Shown: one piece after another, positions 61,634 through 64,000 of the stretch
Position numbering within the stretch: the first letter of the stretch is position 1
Layout: every line of letters starts with the position of its first letter
Source of the DNA: an uncultured Actinomycetota bacterium
GTDB taxonomy: Bacteria; Actinomycetota; Actinomycetes; S36-B12; GCA-2699445
Reading direction: 5' to 3'
Length of the DNA: 64,000 nt
NCBI GenBank assembly: GCA_963766005.1
Contig: CAVXYG010000001.1
Span: 2,410-66,409 of the forward strand
The notes under the pieces: model-generated
What the model was told of the DNA's origin: nothing
Database searches by the model: none
What the model saw: only the letters and a program-made list of their open reading frames with translations
Position numbers and translations under genes: made by a program

Positions 61634-63859
61634 TCAGGCGTCGATGCGCGCCCGGTCCAACGTGGCCGCCCCTTCAAAGAGGAACTGCTTGCGGGGGTCG
61701 ACGTCCTTGCCCATGAGCAGGTCGAAGACGTCCGAGGCCGCCGAGGCATCATCGACCTGAATCCGCCGCAGCGTGCGGGTGGCCGGGTCCATGGTGGTCT
61801 CCCGCAGCTGTTTGGCGTCCATCTCGCCGAGGCCCTTGTAGCGCTGGACGGGCTCCTTGATCCGGCGGCCCGTCCGCCGCAGGTCGGCCGTGACTCGCGC
61901 CATCTCCGCGTCGGAGTAGGCGTAGATCACCTCCGCGGGACGCTTCCCCGAACCGACCACCTCGACCCGGTGCAGCGGCGGAACGGCGGCGAAGACCCGT
62001 CCGCCATCGAGCATCGGCCGCATGTGGCGGTGGAACAACGTCAGCAGCAGGCAGCGGATGTGCGCGCCGTCGACGTCGGCGTCGCTCATCAGGATGATCT
62101 TCCCGTACCGGGCGGCGTCGAGATCGAACGTACGCCCCGATCCGGCGCCGACGACCTGGATGATGGCCGAGCACTCCGCGTTCTTGAGCATGTCCGCGGT
62201 GGAGGCGCGCTGCACGTTGAGGATCTTGCCGCGAATCGGCAGGAGCGCCTGGTACGCCGAGTCGCGCGCCATCTTCGCCGTGCCCAGCGCCGAGTCGCCC
62301 TCCACGATGAACAACTCGCTCCCTGCGGCCTCGCGGGAGCGGCAGTCCACGAGCTTCGCGGGAAGCGCGGAGGACTCCAGCGCGGTCTTGCGCCGCTGCA
62401 GATCACGGGTCGCCCGGGCCTGCACCCGCGCCCGCATCGCTCCGGCCACCTTGTCCAGCGCCGCCCGGGTCGCCTGCTTCTCCCCTCGCGGCGGCGAGGC
62501 GAACCACGCCGTCAGCTCCCTGCCCACCACGTTCCCGACGATCCGCGACGCTGCCGGGGTGCCGAGGACCTCCTTGGTCTGCCCCTCGAACTGCGGCTCC
62601 GCCAACCGAACCGTCACCACGGCGGTGAGTCCCTCGGTGACGTCGTCCTTGGTCACCGAGTCCTCTGACGACTTCAGCACCTTTCCCTCGCGCAGCTGGG
62701 TGTTCAGCGTCTTGGTCAGCGCCCGGTCGAACCCCGACAGATGCGTGCCGCCCTTCGGTGTGGCGATGATGTTCACGAAGGACCGCACATCGGTGTCGTA
62801 GTGCGTCGCCCATCGCATCGCCACGTCAACCGCCAGCTCGCGCTGCACCTCCTGGTTGCTCATCTGCCCCTTGTCGTCGAGTACCGGCACGGTCTCGGTG
62901 AAGTGGCCCGTCCCGGCCAACCGCAGCACCGGCGTCACGGGCTCGCCGGTCGAGAGGTACTCCACGTAGTCGGTGATGCCGCCGTTGTGCTGGAACACCT
63001 CGTCCACCGGTACTTCCGGGTGCCGGACGTCGACCAGCCGGATGCGCAGCCCCGGCACCAGGAACGTCGTTTGCTGCAGACGGCGGCGGATCTCGTCGAG
63101 GTGGTACTCGGCATCGGCGGTGAAGACCTGCCGGTCGGCCCACCAGCGCACCCGCGTCCCGGTCCGCCGCGCCGGCACCGACCCGACCGCGCGCAGTCCC
63201 GCCTGCCGAGCGAACGGCGCATCCGGGCCGTCGCCGTCGAACACGCCCGGCACTCCGCGCCGGAAGGAGATCGCGTGCGTCCGCTTCCCCCGGTCCACCT
63301 CCACGTCCAGCCGTGCGCTCAGCGCGTTGACCACCGAGGCGCCCACCCCGTGCAGCCCCCCCGACGCCGCGTAGGAGCCGCCGCCGAATTTCCCGCCGGC
63401 GTGCAGCTTGGTCATCACGACCTCGACCCCGGTCAACCTGGTCTTGGGCTCCTTGTCCACCGGAATTCCGCGGCCGTCGTCGCGCACCTCCACCGAACCG
63501 TCGGCGAACAACTGCACCTCGATCGCGCCGCAGTGCCCCGCCAGCGCCTCGTCCACCGAGTTGTCCAGGATCTCCCACAGGCAGTGCATCAACCCGCGCG
63601 AATCCGTGGATCCGATGTACATACCCGGCCGCTTGCGGACCGCATCCAACCCCTCGAGCACCTTCAGGGAGCGCGCCGAGTAGTCCGTCCCCACCTTGTC
63701 CGCCACGCCGACCCCTTCCGTGTCCGCCTGCAGCGTATCCGCACCGGCGACAGTGGCCGCGGAGTCGGCGCCCCCGCGGGCGCGCCAACCGGACCGGTCG
63801 GGGATCCGTCGCGGCGCGGCGGAGCCCTCGTCCAGCAGTGGGACCGGGTGCTCCAGCAC
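61634..63859 (-). CDS. parE: DNA topoisomerase IV subunit B (GyrB/ParE family)
   Basis: Track ORF has LEGLDAVRKRPGMYIGST, a GHKL ATPase region and TOPRIM (LFIVEGDSA, PIRGKILNV). The start is uncertain (GTG 63859 or GTG 63706). Confidence 0.92.
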   Translation of the reverse strand: MLEHPVPLLDEGSAAPRRIPDRSGWRARGGADSAATVAGADTLQADTEGVGVADKVGTDYSARSLKVLEGLDAVRKRPGMYIGSTDSRGLMHCLWEILDNSVDEALAGHCGAIEVQLFADGSVEVRDDGRGIPVDKEPKTRLTGVEVVMTKLHAGGKFGGGSYAASGGLHGVGASVVNALSARLDVEVDRGKRTHAISFRRGVPGVFDGDGPDAPFARQAGLRAVGSVPARRTGTRVRWWADRQVFTADAEYHLDEIRRRLQQTTFLVPGLRIRLVDVRHPEVPVDEVFQHNGGITDYVEYLSTGEPVTPVLRLAGTGHFTETVPVLDDKGQMSNQEVQRELAVDVAMRWATHYDTDVRSFVNIIATPKGGTHLSGFDRALTKTLNTQLREGKVLKSSEDSVTKDDVTEGLTAVVTVRLAEPQFEGQTKEVLGTPAASRIVGNVVGRELTAWFASPPRGEKQATRAALDKVAGAMRARVQARATRDLQRRKTALESSALPAKLVDCRSREAAGSELFIVEGDSALGTAKMARDSAYQALLPIRGKILNVQRASTADMLKNAECSAIIQVVGAGSGRTFDLDAARYGKIILMSDADVDGAHIRCLLLTLFHRHMRPMLDGGRVFAAVPPLHRVEVVGSGKRPAEVIYAYSDAEMARVTADLRRTGRRIKEPVQRYKGLGEMDAKQLRETTMDPATRTLRRIQVDDASAASDVFDLLMGKDVDPRKQFLFEGAATLDRARIDA

Positions 63860-64000
63860 CGCCAGACACGACCGGCGACCCCGCCGGATTCGGCTCCCCG
63901 AGGAGAGCGGGGCGTTGCCCTCTGCGCTGCCGCCGATGGACAGGCCGCGTTCCCTCCTCGGGCCCGCCCACAGACGTCGGCGAGACTCGTCCCTGCGGCC

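Overview
Very GC-rich chromosomal DNA of the Actinomycetota type. I did not compute the exact GC value. The six-frame track is full of long Arg/Pro/Gly-rich out-of-frame ORFs, which is typical of such genomes.

From about 4.6 to 45.7 kb the window is a highly conserved actinobacterial housekeeping block, mostly on the minus strand. It contains rseP-dxr, rlmN-cdsA-frr-pyrH, tsf-rpsB, dprA, rnhB-lepB-rplS, trmD-rimM-KH-rpsP, ffh, glnD-glnB-amt and ftsY. It also holds the dut-centred DUF cluster (DUF3159, OB-fold, DUF3710, dut, DUF3093, DUF4235, DUF4193), an IMPase, ferrochelatase, sepH, a DUF5998/phosphodiesterase/Pat-like acetyltransferase group, and topoisomerase IV subunit A.

From 45.7 to 61.5 kb the content looks looser and more accessory. 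It includes a sucrase-ferredoxin-like protein, DUF302, WS/DGAT, a YwiC-like protein, an aeRF1/VLRF1-like protein, SulP, a divergent MacB-type ABC pair, crcB-DUF190-crcB, a thioredoxin-like/FNR/beta-carbonic-anhydrase operon and a 2TM protein. Topoisomerase IV subunit B closes this stretch.

The first 4.6 kb looks foreign. It is a minus-strand chain of small, translationally coupled ORFs ending in an ArdC-like/TOPRIM-primase fusion, and it sits where ispG normally follows rseP.

I found no rRNA, tRNA, CRISPR array, transposase or recognisable defence system.

The most striking sequence-level observation is roughly 15 frame disruptions in otherwise well conserved genes, several of them essential, with a dense cluster at 42.4-45.0 kb. 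I regard most of these as probable assembly indels rather than biology.

I did not find a convincing complete novel system. The best follow-up candidates are the foreign operon at the left edge, a ~0.5 kb unassigned palindrome-rich region at 58.27-58.76 kb, and the aeRF1-like gene.
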